A stretch of 64,000 nucleotides of DNA from Naegleria gruberi (Eukaryota). The notes under the pieces were generated by a model. That model made no database searches. It was not told where the DNA came from and saw nothing but the letters and a program-made list of their open reading frames with translations. Location of the stretch: NCBI GenBank assembly GCA_000004985.1, contig GG738855.1. One strand, given 5' to 3'. The first letter of the stretch is position 1. Every line of letters starts with the position of its first letter. This document shows positions 63,988 through 64,000 of this stretch, piece by piece. The translations under genes and the position numbers were made by a program.

Positions 63988-64000
63988 GTTGTTGTGCAGT

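Noticed and set aside
1-64000. Prokaryotic-style features (operons, CRISPR arrays, phage defence systems)
   Set aside because: The sequence is clearly eukaryotic. It has spliceosomal GTAAGT..AG introns, pol III tRNA genes with oligo-T terminators, retrotransposons and poly-Asn tracts. No CRISPR-like equal-length spacer arrays are present. The R-repeats at 11551-12390 have irregular spacing (30-350 bp) and sit in a eukaryotic locus.

Overview
This window is an AT-rich eukaryotic nuclear scaffold that looks like a dictyostelid social amoeba, not a prokaryote or phage. Evidence: poly-Asn/Gln/Ser-rich proteins, short GTAAGT..(T)AG introns, and a DIRS-type tyrosine-recombinase retroelement. It contains about 25 protein-coding genes, many with 1-4 short introns. 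Recognisable products include RGS-domain proteins, an ankyrin-repeat protein, a Cdc25/Acr2-like rhodanese phosphatase, a START-domain protein, an acid-sphingomyelinase-like phosphodiesterase, a kinesin, a phospholipase B-like protein, a ZIP transporter, a PAS/cyclase-like polytopic membrane protein, an NHL-EGF-GPS adhesion-like protein, an RCC1-EGF secreted protein and a penicillin-amidase family protein. The window also holds an intact tRNA-Leu(UAA) gene and a tRNA-Met(CAU) gene that appears split in its D-loop by an 855-bp insertion. That insertion carries four ~35-bp direct repeats and a spliced protein-coding gene on the opposite strand. The last ~15 kb is a transposon-rich, gap-containing region with three 50-N scaffold gaps. 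It holds a Ty3/gypsy (Skipper-like) integrase/chromodomain fragment, a near-complete DIRS-like retroelement, a 5'-truncated non-LTR RT fragment and 2.5 kb of degenerate repeats. Several genes show in-frame stops or frameshifts, so they are either pseudogenes or draft-assembly errors. The most interesting items are the split tRNA-Met locus with its nested gene and repeats, an EGF-GPS-7TM receptor with a C-terminal RGS domain, an NHL-EGF-GPS single-pass protein, and a cyclase-homology protein lacking its metal-binding half. All calls rest on reading motifs in the translated ORFs and the DNA by eye. No searches were run.
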